A DNA stretch of 31,588 nt from Candidatus Melainabacteria bacterium (GTDB lineage: Bacteria > Cyanobacteriota > Vampirovibrionia > Obscuribacterales > Obscuribacteraceae): contig JADYYD010000321.1 of the NCBI GenBank assembly GCA_020853845.1, forward strand, positions 1 to 31,588, in the 5' to 3' direction. The notes beneath the pieces were generated by a model, which had not been told where the DNA came from, did not search any database, and saw only the letters and a program-made list of their open reading frames with translations. Of this stretch, positions 15,898-24,055 are shown in pieces. The position numbers and the translations under genes were made by a program. Within the stretch, counting starts at the first letter, position 1. Every line of letters starts with the position of its first letter.

Positions 15898-17309
15898 TGC
15901 TTTCCGTCATTTCGGCAACCAAGAGTTATGGCGGTGAACGATCGGTTGACGCCGTAAAAAATGTCAGCTTCGAACTGGAGCAGGGGAAATCGCTGGCGAT
16001 TGTTGGGCGCTCAGGTTCCGGCAAGTCCACTCTCTTAGGTATGATCGGCGGCATCAGCCGACCGACAGCAGGACAGGTTCTTATCGATGGTATCAATCAG
16101 TGGGGTCTCAGTGACAACGAGAGAGCCGAATTACGCAATCAAAAACTCGGCTTTGTTTTTCAATTCGCAAGCCTTCTTCCATCACTGAGAGCGATCGATA
16201 ATGTTGCTTTGCCATGCTTGATCTCCGGCAAACTGAGCGGCAGCGAAATTTATGCACGCGCACGAGCTTTATTAGATCGCGTTGGGCTTTCGCACAGAGC
16301 CGATGCCTATCCCGGGCAATTGTCCGGCGGTGAGCAACGCCGAGTTGCGATTGCGCGCGCACTTGTGAATTCACCGAGCTTGTTGCTTGCCGACGAACCG
16401 ACTGCCGATCTTGACGAGATAACGGAAGGCGAAATCCTCAGCTTGCTTTTGGACATACATAGAGCGTTGAACATCACGCTTGTTGTGGTGACGCACAATC
16501 CGGAAATAGCGGCAAGAGCGGACAGCGTAATTGAGATGCGCAGCGGAGAGGCTGCCGCCAAGGAATTAGTTGTCAAAGAACCGGCAGCCCCATCAAACAC
16601 CGGCACGCCGCATGATGCAAGCGTTGAAGAAGCGGCGCGAAGCATATTCGAAATTTCACCGCAGCAGGCTTCGACTCATAAAGTGCGGCTTGGTGAGGGA
16701 CTGGAGCGTTTTCTCGGACGCTTCGTGATGTGGCTTGTTCCTACGTGTCTCATCGCCTGGGGAATCAACTGGGCGGCCGAAAAGTACGAAGCCGATGTGA
16801 TCGAGGCTAAAGCGCAGCAGCGATTGGCGCTGGAAGAGTTAGGCATGCAGGGCTTGCGCGCCGATGTGAAGAGTGTCGAATTCGGCAGCGGCAAAACATA
16901 TGTCGTCACCATTTATTTGCGTAATACCAGGGGTGATGATCCTTTGTATGTGATGTCGCCGACCTTCAGGACTTTCGTTCAGGTCGCAACGAGCTGGTTG
17001 GAGATCCCAACAAAGCCGATTAAGACCGGGTCCGGGCAGGTGCTTAAAATTACAGGCACGCAATTGCTCACTTACGAAATCGAGCCTGACGTTCCGAATT
17101 TCACACAACTGCTGCCTTACTACATGCACGTTCGTTTCACCAACGACATGTTGATAAGTCCTCGCAGCCAGCCAAAAGATGATCTGATCGAACGCAATGA
17201 CAGCTACTACGTCTATTTGAAACCACACGATGCTGATGACAAAGCGATTCTCAGCAAAATGAAATTTCCGGAAAAGCCGCCGGTGTGGATTCCGATGCCA
17301 CCTCATTGA
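15897..17309 (+). CDS. ABC transporter ATP-binding protein (LolD/MacB-type) fused to a C-terminal TM anchor and a ~200-aa extracytoplasmic domain
   Basis: GTG start overlaps the permease stop (TAGTG), which suggests translational coupling. Walker A GRSGSGKST; Q-loop region FVFQ; ABC signature LSGGEQRRVAIARAL; Walker B LLLADEPT. After about residue 225 comes a Pro/Ala linker, then a hydrophobic helix FLGRFVMWLVPTCLIAWGINWAA, then about 200 further residues with no recognisable motif. Confidence 0.75.
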   Translation: MLSVISATKSYGGERSVDAVKNVSFELEQGKSLAIVGRSGSGKSTLLGMIGGISRPTAGQVLIDGINQWGLSDNERAELRNQKLGFVFQFASLLPSLRAIDNVALPCLISGKLSGSEIYARARALLDRVGLSHRADAYPGQLSGGEQRRVAIARALVNSPSLLLADEPTADLDEITEGEILSLLLDIHRALNITLVVVTHNPEIAARADSVIEMRSGEAAAKELVVKEPAAPSNTGTPHDASVEEAARSIFEISPQQASTHKVRLGEGLERFLGRFVMWLVPTCLIAWGINWAAEKYEADVIEAKAQQRLALEELGMQGLRADVKSVEFGSGKTYVVTIYLRNTRGDDPLYVMSPTFRTFVQVATSWLEIPTKPIKTGSGQVLKITGTQLLTYEIEPDVPNFTQLLPYYMHVRFTNDMLISPRSQPKDDLIERNDSYYVYLKPHDADDKAILSKMKFPEKPPVWIPMPPH

Positions 17310-17366
17310 GCCGGCTAAAATGTCAACAACAACTTGCCGGCAGCAAACTCTTTTGAATCAACATGC

Positions 17367-17399
17367 AAAAAGGGCAAGTCTCTTGACTTGCCCTTTTAT
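17367..17399. terminator. Bidirectional intrinsic terminator shared by the ABC operon and the convergent RRM gene
   Basis: aaaagggcaagtc tctt gacttgcccttttat: an 11-bp perfect stem with a 4-nt loop, flanked by A-run and T-run. Confidence 0.6.
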
Positions 17400-17416
17400 C
17401 AAAGCTTGGTCCGGAC

Positions 17417-17698
17417 TTAGTATTTGCGTCCGCCGCCACCGCCGCCTTTCGGCTTGGGTTGCGCGATGCTTACTGCAATCTGACGACCTTCGCAATCTCT
17501 GCCGTTGAGACCTTTGATGGCTGCTTCGGCTTCTGCCTGGCTGCCCATCTCAACGAATGCGAATCCCCGTTTTCTACCGGTTTCGCGGTCTGTCGGTATC
17601 GAGCAGGACACGACTGTGCCGAATTCACCGAACAGTGACTCGAGTTCTGCTTCGGAAAGTTTGAAAGAGAGGTTACCTACGAAAAGTTTATTGTTCAT
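17417..17698 (-). CDS. RRM-type RNA-binding protein with a Gly-rich C-terminal tail
   Basis: RNP-2 LFVGNL and RNP-1 RGFAFVEM; C-terminus KPKGGGGGGRKY. Start taken at the ATG giving MNNKLFVGNL; the track start at 17734 adds an unlikely 12-residue leader. Confidence 0.85.
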   Translation of the reverse strand: MNNKLFVGNLSFKLSEAELESLFGEFGTVVSCSIPTDRETGRKRGFAFVEMGSQAEAEAAIKGLNGRDCEGRQIAVSIAQPKPKGGGGGGRKY

Positions 17699-18015
17699 GC
17701 GAAATACCGGAAAAAATGTAACACTGCGCGTCATTATCGCACGCGTACGACCCTCTCCAACCTTTTTAAACAGCGTTTCTGTATGTGCTTGCGTCTATTT
17801 GTTAACACGGCACTGAATGATTGAGGTCAACCCCTTAGCTGGCTGGGCTTTCCGGGTGGCCAAGCGACAAACCTTTCTCGGTTAAAATTCGTTTTCAGAT
17901 TCGACGGTTTCCAGCATGCAAGGTGTGATTACAAATCCATTGCGCTAGTGCCTGAGCCCGCGAGCGGGTTTGTGAGCAAACTGTTAGACTTTGCCTTGTT
18001 CGGCATAGGGTGGAA

Positions 18016-20142
18016 ATGATGTCTAGAAAGAAACGTTATTACGGAGCAGTTGCTGCCAGCCTGGCAATCATGGTGATGACAGGAGTTGCGAGCTCTTTGC
18101 AGGCTGCGACCAAGGGTGAAATCGAACGCACAGCCGAGCCAAAGAAGGCGGAAGTCAACGCCGAGCCCAAGGGCGGAGCCCAATCGGCGCCAAGAAGCTT
18201 CAGTGCTTCCATAGATAAGAACGTTTTGCCGGCAAAAGACTTTTATCAGTATGCCAACGGCACCTGGCTGAAAAACACTCCGATCCCTCCTGAGTATGAC
18301 AAATGGGGCGTTCTCAATATCATTAACGACAGGAATTTGGCGCAGGTTCGCGGTTTGTTGGAAGAATCCGCCAAGAAAACAGCCAAGAACGGCACAGTGG
18401 TTCAGAAAATCGGCGACTTCTACAGAGTCGGTATGGACACGAAAAAGTTGGAAGCCGACGACTTGAAGCCGCTTGCCGACGAACTCAAGCGTATCGACAA
18501 GATGAAGACGCTGGATGACTTGCGCGCGGAAATTGCGCGTTTGCATGGATTTGGTGTGGGCGCACTCTTTGGCTTCAGCTCCGGGCAAGATTTTAAAGAT
18601 GCCACCAAAGTGATCGGACAGGCCAATCAGGCAGGATTAGGCTTGCCGGAAAAAGACTATTACTTCAATCAAGCCGATCGCTTCAAAAAAATACGCACAG
18701 AATATGTCGAGCACGTAGCGAAGATGTTGGCGCTTACAGGCGTTGCAGAAGCTGATGCTAAGACCAAAGCGCAAAAGATCATGGAGATCGAAACGCGTCT
18801 TGCTGATGCATCCATGAACAATATCGATTTGCGCGATCCCGAAAAAATCTATCACAAGATGAATCTAAAAGAGATGACGGAGATGACTCCGAGATTTTCA
18901 TGGTCTCTCTATTTCTCTGAGATTGGTTTTCCCGGCATCAATGAAGTGAACGTCGGGCAGCCGGACTTCTTCAAGAAAGTGGATCATTTGATGGCGGATG
19001 TTCCGCTCGACCAGTGGAAAGACTATTTGCGCTGGCATTTGATTGATGCGGCGGCACCATATCTCTCCTCGAGATTTGTCGATCAGGATTTTCATTTCCA
19101 CGGCAAAGTTTTGACTGGAAAGAAAGAGAACCTTCCGCGCTGGAAGCGTGTCGTGAATGCCACCAACCACGCCATTGGTGAAGCCGTGGGACAGCAGTAT
19201 GTAAAGACCGCATTCACCCCGGAAGCAAAGGCCAAGGCTCTGGAATTGGTCAACAAACTGAGAGAAGTCTTGCGCGAAGATCTGGGTGTTCTCGACTGGA
19301 TGGATGACACCACTCGCAAGAACGCTATTGCAAAGCTGGAAGCGTTCGTCGCCAAAATTGGATATCCGGACAAGTGGCGTGACTACAGCGCATTGAAAAT
19401 CGATCGAGATTCATATTTATGGAATGTGATACGCGCCGAACAATTCGAATTCAAGCGCAATCTCGCCAAAATCGGAAAACCCGTCGATCGCACGGAATGG
19501 CTCATGACTCCGCAGACAGTGAATGCATATTACTGGAGCGAGATGAATGAAATTGTTTTTCCAGCCGGCATTTTGCAGCCGACAATATTTGACCCTAAAG
19601 CTGACGATGCAACCAATCTCGGTGCCATGGGCATGGTAATCGGTCATGAAATGACGCATGGCTTCGACGATCAGGGAAGCAAATTCGACGCGCAGGGCAA
19701 TATGAAGAACTGGTGGTCCGCCGGTGACGAAAAGCGTTTTAAGCAGCGTATCTCGCTGATTGAGAACCAGTATGACGGATACACCGTAGGTGGTGATACG
19801 CATTTAAAAGGAAAACTGGTGGCCGGTGAAGCGGCGGCAGATCTTGGCGGTTTGACTATCGCCTACAAAGCGCTGCAAAAAATACTGAAGGACAAACCAC
19901 GCACTCCTGATGCCGAAGGTTTTACCCCGGAGCAAAGATTTTTCCTTTCTTTTGCGCAAGCCTGGGCAACTAATATTCGCCCGGAAAAAGAGCACATGAT
20001 GGCAGCAACGGACCCTCATCCGATTCCCAAATACCGGGTCAATGGAACGCTTGCCAATATGGATGCTTTCGAAAAAGCATTCGACATTAAAGGTGAAGAC
20101 ACCATGATGTTGCCGAAAGATAAACGCTGCTATCTCTGGTAA
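18016..20142 (+). CDS. M13-family zinc metalloendopeptidase (neprilysin/PepO-like), secreted
   Basis: Signal peptide; HExxH zinc motif VIGHEMTHGFDDQG; downstream GEAAADLGGL (ExxxD third ligand region); and the conserved NAYY motif. GGGTGG SD lies ahead of ATG 18016/18019, and the frame is open from GTG 18010. Confidence 0.88.
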   Translation: MMSRKKRYYGAVAASLAIMVMTGVASSLQAATKGEIERTAEPKKAEVNAEPKGGAQSAPRSFSASIDKNVLPAKDFYQYANGTWLKNTPIPPEYDKWGVLNIINDRNLAQVRGLLEESAKKTAKNGTVVQKIGDFYRVGMDTKKLEADDLKPLADELKRIDKMKTLDDLRAEIARLHGFGVGALFGFSSGQDFKDATKVIGQANQAGLGLPEKDYYFNQADRFKKIRTEYVEHVAKMLALTGVAEADAKTKAQKIMEIETRLADASMNNIDLRDPEKIYHKMNLKEMTEMTPRFSWSLYFSEIGFPGINEVNVGQPDFFKKVDHLMADVPLDQWKDYLRWHLIDAAAPYLSSRFVDQDFHFHGKVLTGKKENLPRWKRVVNATNHAIGEAVGQQYVKTAFTPEAKAKALELVNKLREVLREDLGVLDWMDDTTRKNAIAKLEAFVAKIGYPDKWRDYSALKIDRDSYLWNVIRAEQFEFKRNLAKIGKPVDRTEWLMTPQTVNAYYWSEMNEIVFPAGILQPTIFDPKADDATNLGAMGMVIGHEMTHGFDDQGSKFDAQGNMKNWWSAGDEKRFKQRISLIENQYDGYTVGGDTHLKGKLVAGEAAADLGGLTIAYKALQKILKDKPRTPDAEGFTPEQRFFLSFAQAWATNIRPEKEHMMAATDPHPIPKYRVNGTLANMDAFEKAFDIKGEDTMMLPKDKRCYLW

Positions 20143-20163
20143 TTTCGCCGACTGGCGTGCAGA

Positions 20164-20300
20164 TTTTGCATAAGTTTGTGCTTGCGATTTTGCTTGCATT
20201 CTTTACTTGCATTTCTGCTGTTGCATATTGAATACATATACAAACGCATCCGTAGTTGATAGAAACCAGCGATGCCTCAGTGTTTGCGCTTTTCTTGCAT
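20164..20300. repeat. Array of direct (C)TTGCAT repeats in an intergenic region
   Basis: TTGCAT or CTTGCAT at 20166, 20193, 20206, 20221 and 20294, with CTTGCG at 20181. Spacing of the first five copies is about 12-15 bp. A further copy lies at 20413. Confidence 0.4.
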
Positions 20301-20445
20301 AAATCGATAGGAGAAAAGAGAAACATAAAACCGTGATGTCAAGCAGAAAAGCGGTGGAACTTTATTTAGCCACTCGTGTCTAAAAACTCATAGTGCAGAG
20401 TTGATGAAGATGTTGCATCTTGAGACGAAGCAAGAGGAGGTCCAA

Positions 20446-20703
20446 ATGAGAATGCAATCGAACAATCCAGCAATTTACAAGGCGGGCATCGAAAGCGAGT
20501 CCTCTCATTTGTTGGACAATTTAAAAAGGCTGTTTGCCGAACTCTTTGCCACGGAGCATTCGTCGCAGGATATCGCTCTCGACCTCTTTCAATCCTCAAA
20601 GGGTTTTGACCCGCTGAAAAACCCACAGAGTTTGGTGACACCCCGAACGACTCAAAGAAGTGCTGTCCCAGACAAGCGTCTTCCTGTTCGAAGAGCTGCA
20701 TAA
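20446..20703 (+). CDS. Small hypothetical protein (85 aa)
   Basis: ATG preceded by a perfect AGGAGG (20435-20440) 5 nt upstream. No recognisable motifs. The track ORF begins upstream at TTG 20401. Confidence 0.4.
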   Translation: MRMQSNNPAIYKAGIESESSHLLDNLKRLFAELFATEHSSQDIALDLFQSSKGFDPLKNPQSLVTPRTTQRSAVPDKRLPVRRAA

Positions 20704-20799
20704 ACATCCTGAAATCGCCGGTCGGCATTTAACAGAACGCCCAGGGCTGCTAAGCTTGTGAGGTAGGCTATGCCTGCCAAAGTTTGAGCCGTGTGCCAG

Positions 20800-23439
20800 A
20801 TGTCTGACAACGATCCCAACATGGTTCTCCAGGACTTGGAGAAGGCAAAACAATCGTTCAGCAGCGGAAATTATGCCGTTGCCGAACCGCTGCTGCGAGA
20901 CGTCTTCGAAAAATTGGATTCACACCCGCTTGAGAGGGCTTACGTTTCCGAGTGCCTATCCGAAATCTATACTGCCTGGGGAAAGTTTTCAGAGGCAATC
21001 AGACTCAATCAGCGTTTGATCAATTTGACTGCGGCAAATCCCGCTCAAAGTCTCGCTGCTTTGAGTGGTGCCCTCGAGCGCATTGCTGCGGTCAGCCTTA
21101 AAGTCGGCAAAAAAGAACAGTCGGATAAACTAAATCGATTAGCCGCCGCCGTTAAGGCGGGCAAGATCGACGTCAAGACACTGGTCACCGAAAAAGCCAA
21201 AGTTCCGATGGCTCCGCCCACTACGGAACATACATATACTTTCAAAGCTCTTGGTCCAGATTCCCCGCCGCCCGAGCCGTCATCACCTGAAAAGAGTTCG
21301 GCGCCGGCTGCTCCGGCGGCACCAGCGGTTCAATCATCACCAGATGTTCCACCGGCATCAACCCCTTCAGCGAATTTCTCCATACCGTCTAATTATGCTG
21401 TTCCAACAGCGCCGGTTGTTCCACCTGCAAATCAACAATCTCCTGATGTGCTTGCAAGACCCACAAAGGAAACGGCAATGTTCTCCAGACCGAGCATGCC
21501 GAAATCTTTAGATGCAGACGTGACCCAGGCTCAGCCGCCAACTGCATCTGTGCCGCCGGCGCCGGCCTCTGTGCCACCATTTCCAGCACCTCATGTACCA
21601 GCAAGCCAGGGAGAAATACCTGATTACCAACTGGCTGATTTTGACGAGGAAATCGCAATTTCCGCACCACCTGCGACACCACATGCAGACGCACCGGTTG
21701 TGACTCCACAGTCAGAAACGCCCCAATCAATAGCTGAAACGTTTGAACCACCCCCTGAGTTGTGGGGACCGCCTGAGAGCACACCCGAAGATTCCGCAAC
21801 AGCGCAGCAAGAGGCATCAACACCTGCCGACGGTGCCGATATCTGGGGCGCGCCTTCGAGTGAAAGTGCGGAAGTCCATGATGAGTGGGGACCGGCCGAG
21901 CCGTCTGAAGTTTCGCCTGCGGATACCTGGGGCGCTCCGGAGCTGCCGGTACAACCTCCGGCGCGGCAATGGCAGCATCCTGCGACCATAAGCCAGACCG
22001 CGGCTGCGCTAAAGCTTCAGTCGGCGCAAACACCGGCGCCGCAAGAAACGCCTTCTAATCCTGACACAGTTGAATCGCCTCGACAGATTGGGGAATCTTC
22101 CATACTTGAAGAGCAACCTCCTGAGGTTGAAGAGCAAACTTTCAGTGCAAGTGATCTGCAAAGTGTCGTTTCGCAAACACTTTCCTCCCAATCATTACCA
22201 TCTCAGTCAGCGCCTGCACAGTCTGCCTCGAGTGTGCGCAGCATGCGGTCGATGTCGTCGAGAAACATGGCTGCGCCTCCCATGGCAGGCGCTCCCGATA
22301 TGGGCGGACTGATTGGAATGATCGCTCAATTTTTCGTCGGAAAAAGAGATCCCGATCAACCGGTGCAAGAATTGGTTGATCCAAGCACCACCTCCGCCAA
22401 AGCCGCAGCCGCAATGGTGGTGATGGTTAGCATTGTTGTCGGTTTGGCTTATGTGGCTTATCATATGCCGCGCAAACTCAGCCCCGCGGATGCATACAGA
22501 GCAATTCAGCATAAGTATGTTTCCACTGATTCAACCAAGTCTTTAGTTTTGACCGACCCCACATCTTGCGAGTTTGCGGTCGGTGAAAAAAAGATGCCTG
22601 CGAAATTGCGCTTTTATCTCGATGATTGGCGCGATGCAGTCGATATGTCGCTTGGTCGCGTCGGCGAAAAGCAAATTTGGCTGGTTAGAACTGGTGACGG
22701 GATAGTCGATGAAGATCAGATAAAGCTTTATGTGAATGGTGGTGCCGAACTCCAACTCGCCAGCAGAATCGATTTTCTCAATCAGTATGCCACCATGCAG
22801 TTTCAAAAGGTGAAGAGTTATCCTGCTCGCGGCAATTTAAATCCTGCAATTGATCTGCGCTATTTAAATCCGTATACCAAGAAAAGAGAAATGCCTCTCT
22901 TCTTTAAGGTAGTGATTGGCAAAGGTTTGGCTTCTCATGAAGCTGATCAGGCCCGTACTAAATTCTATGATGCTTTGCTTTCGGGTCAGGTCGCTCCGGA
23001 AACACCGAAAGCGAATCCTGGTGAGATTCGCTGCTATGCCGTCGATTTTTTGAGTCCTCGCGGGACAATCGAAGGTTTTGTAGTTCAGTTAATCGGCAAA
23101 GATGGCAAACCGCTGAGTGGTGTTCGTCCGCATTCGAGCTATCTGTTTGCGCTCGAGGACGGCAAAGAATACAAGCCGACTGAGGCCGGCGTGCTGCCGT
23201 TCAATGGGGAGCCAGGTTTGCGTCCGGCTGTTGTGTGGCTTTTGATGGACAAACTCGATGAGACTTTTGTTCTTATTCTGTCTTCTGCGCCGGTAATAAT
23301 TTTCACGATAATGACTTTTGTTTTTCTGATTTTGTCATTCGTGGTACCACGCGGTTTGGGGCGCGCGGTGTCTGTGTTGCTCTTGGTTCTCAGCGCTATT
23401 CCTGCGCTTCTATTCTGTCTGGTGAAAGTGCTGCCTTAG
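20800..23439 (+). CDS. Large membrane protein: N-terminal TPR-like helical domain, a Pro/Ser/Ala-rich disordered acidic region with four [DE]xWG[AP] motifs, a TM, a ~330-aa domain, and C-terminal tandem TMs
   Basis: ATG 20800 (the track has GTG 20791). Motifs ELWGPPES, DIWGAPSSES, DEWGPAEPSE, DTWGAPELP. Hydrophobic stretches AAAMVVMVSIVVGLAYVAY and the C-terminal LILSSAPVIIFTIMTFVFLILSFVV plus AVSVLLLVLSAIPALLFCLV. No enzymatic motif found. Confidence 0.55.
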   Translation: MSDNDPNMVLQDLEKAKQSFSSGNYAVAEPLLRDVFEKLDSHPLERAYVSECLSEIYTAWGKFSEAIRLNQRLINLTAANPAQSLAALSGALERIAAVSLKVGKKEQSDKLNRLAAAVKAGKIDVKTLVTEKAKVPMAPPTTEHTYTFKALGPDSPPPEPSSPEKSSAPAAPAAPAVQSSPDVPPASTPSANFSIPSNYAVPTAPVVPPANQQSPDVLARPTKETAMFSRPSMPKSLDADVTQAQPPTASVPPAPASVPPFPAPHVPASQGEIPDYQLADFDEEIAISAPPATPHADAPVVTPQSETPQSIAETFEPPPELWGPPESTPEDSATAQQEASTPADGADIWGAPSSESAEVHDEWGPAEPSEVSPADTWGAPELPVQPPARQWQHPATISQTAAALKLQSAQTPAPQETPSNPDTVESPRQIGESSILEEQPPEVEEQTFSASDLQSVVSQTLSSQSLPSQSAPAQSASSVRSMRSMSSRNMAAPPMAGAPDMGGLIGMIAQFFVGKRDPDQPVQELVDPSTTSAKAAAAMVVMVSIVVGLAYVAYHMPRKLSPADAYRAIQHKYVSTDSTKSLVLTDPTSCEFAVGEKKMPAKLRFYLDDWRDAVDMSLGRVGEKQIWLVRTGDGIVDEDQIKLYVNGGAELQLASRIDFLNQYATMQFQKVKSYPARGNLNPAIDLRYLNPYTKKREMPLFFKVVIGKGLASHEADQARTKFYDALLSGQVAPETPKANPGEIRCYAVDFLSPRGTIEGFVVQLIGKDGKPLSGVRPHSSYLFALEDGKEYKPTEAGVLPFNGEPGLRPAVVWLLMDKLDETFVLILSSAPVIIFTIMTFVFLILSFVVPRGLGRAVSVLLLVLSAIPALLFCLVKVLP

Positions 23440-23440
23440 T

Positions 23441-23935
23441 CTATTGCTGAGGAGCTTTCACCGGTTCCAGCATGACGGCTGTGCCGTAGCAGACAATCTC
23501 CGTGCCGAAATCGTTTGTGCCGCCTTGAAAGGCATCCGAATCATACTTGACTCCGACGATCGCGTTGGCGCCTCGTGAAAGAGCTTGCTGAACCATAGCA
23601 TCGTAGGCTCCCTGTCTGCCCATTTCGCAGTTCTTGATGTAAGCGTTCACTTTGCCGCCGAACATTCCCTGAAACCCTGCCTTAAATTGTTGAATCGTGT
23701 TGGGCTCACGGACCATGACACCACGGACGATACCGCGATACTCTCTGATGCGATATCCGTCTACCGAATTGGTCGTGGTAACGATTAATCCACCGCCGGT
23801 GCCGGAACTGTCAACCGTTTGTGCTTGTGCGATTTCTTGCTTGCCAGCAATTTTTGCCGCATTGTCGGCGCTTGCCGGCAGACTGCAAAGCACCAGCGAA
23901 ACCGCAAAAAAGACTGCAAACTCTGACTTTCTCAT
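23441..23935 (-). CDS. YbjQ/UPF0145 (DUF74) family protein with a signal peptide
   Basis: Start at ATG 23935 with a GGGGAG SD, giving MRKSEFAVFFAVSLVLCSLPASA. The core YRIREYRGIVRGVMV...GKVNAYIKNCEMGRQGAYDAMVQQALSRGANAIVGVKYDSD...CYGTAV matches the YbjQ family pattern. Its stop is 1 nt from the stop of the convergent gene. Confidence 0.7.
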   Translation of the reverse strand: MRKSEFAVFFAVSLVLCSLPASADNAAKIAGKQEIAQAQTVDSSGTGGGLIVTTTNSVDGYRIREYRGIVRGVMVREPNTIQQFKAGFQGMFGGKVNAYIKNCEMGRQGAYDAMVQQALSRGANAIVGVKYDSDAFQGGTNDFGTEIVCYGTAVMLEPVKAPQQ

Positions 23936-24055
23936 ACCGACTCCCCCGACGAAAACTGATTGAGGACGAATTATACGCTGGGTCGCATTAATATTGATTG
24001 CCATGCCAAGAGGCTGGATGGTTTCTAACGCACGAAACTCCCGGCTCTGCTAGCA

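Noticed and set aside
17929-18588. 219-aa minus-strand ORF overlapping the M13 peptidase start
   Set aside because: It is antisense to the signal peptide and N-terminal region of a confidently identified peptidase.
20152-20172. sigma54-like TGGCGT...TTGCA element
   Set aside because: The GG-to-GC spacing is 12 nt rather than the required 10. TTGCA here is part of the TTGCAT repeat family.
21389-22033. 214-aa and 121-aa minus-strand ORFs in the low-complexity region of the 880-aa gene
   Set aside because: The Pro/Ala/Ser-rich coding sequence (GC-rich) keeps the opposite strand open. The sense gene is one continuous long ORF.
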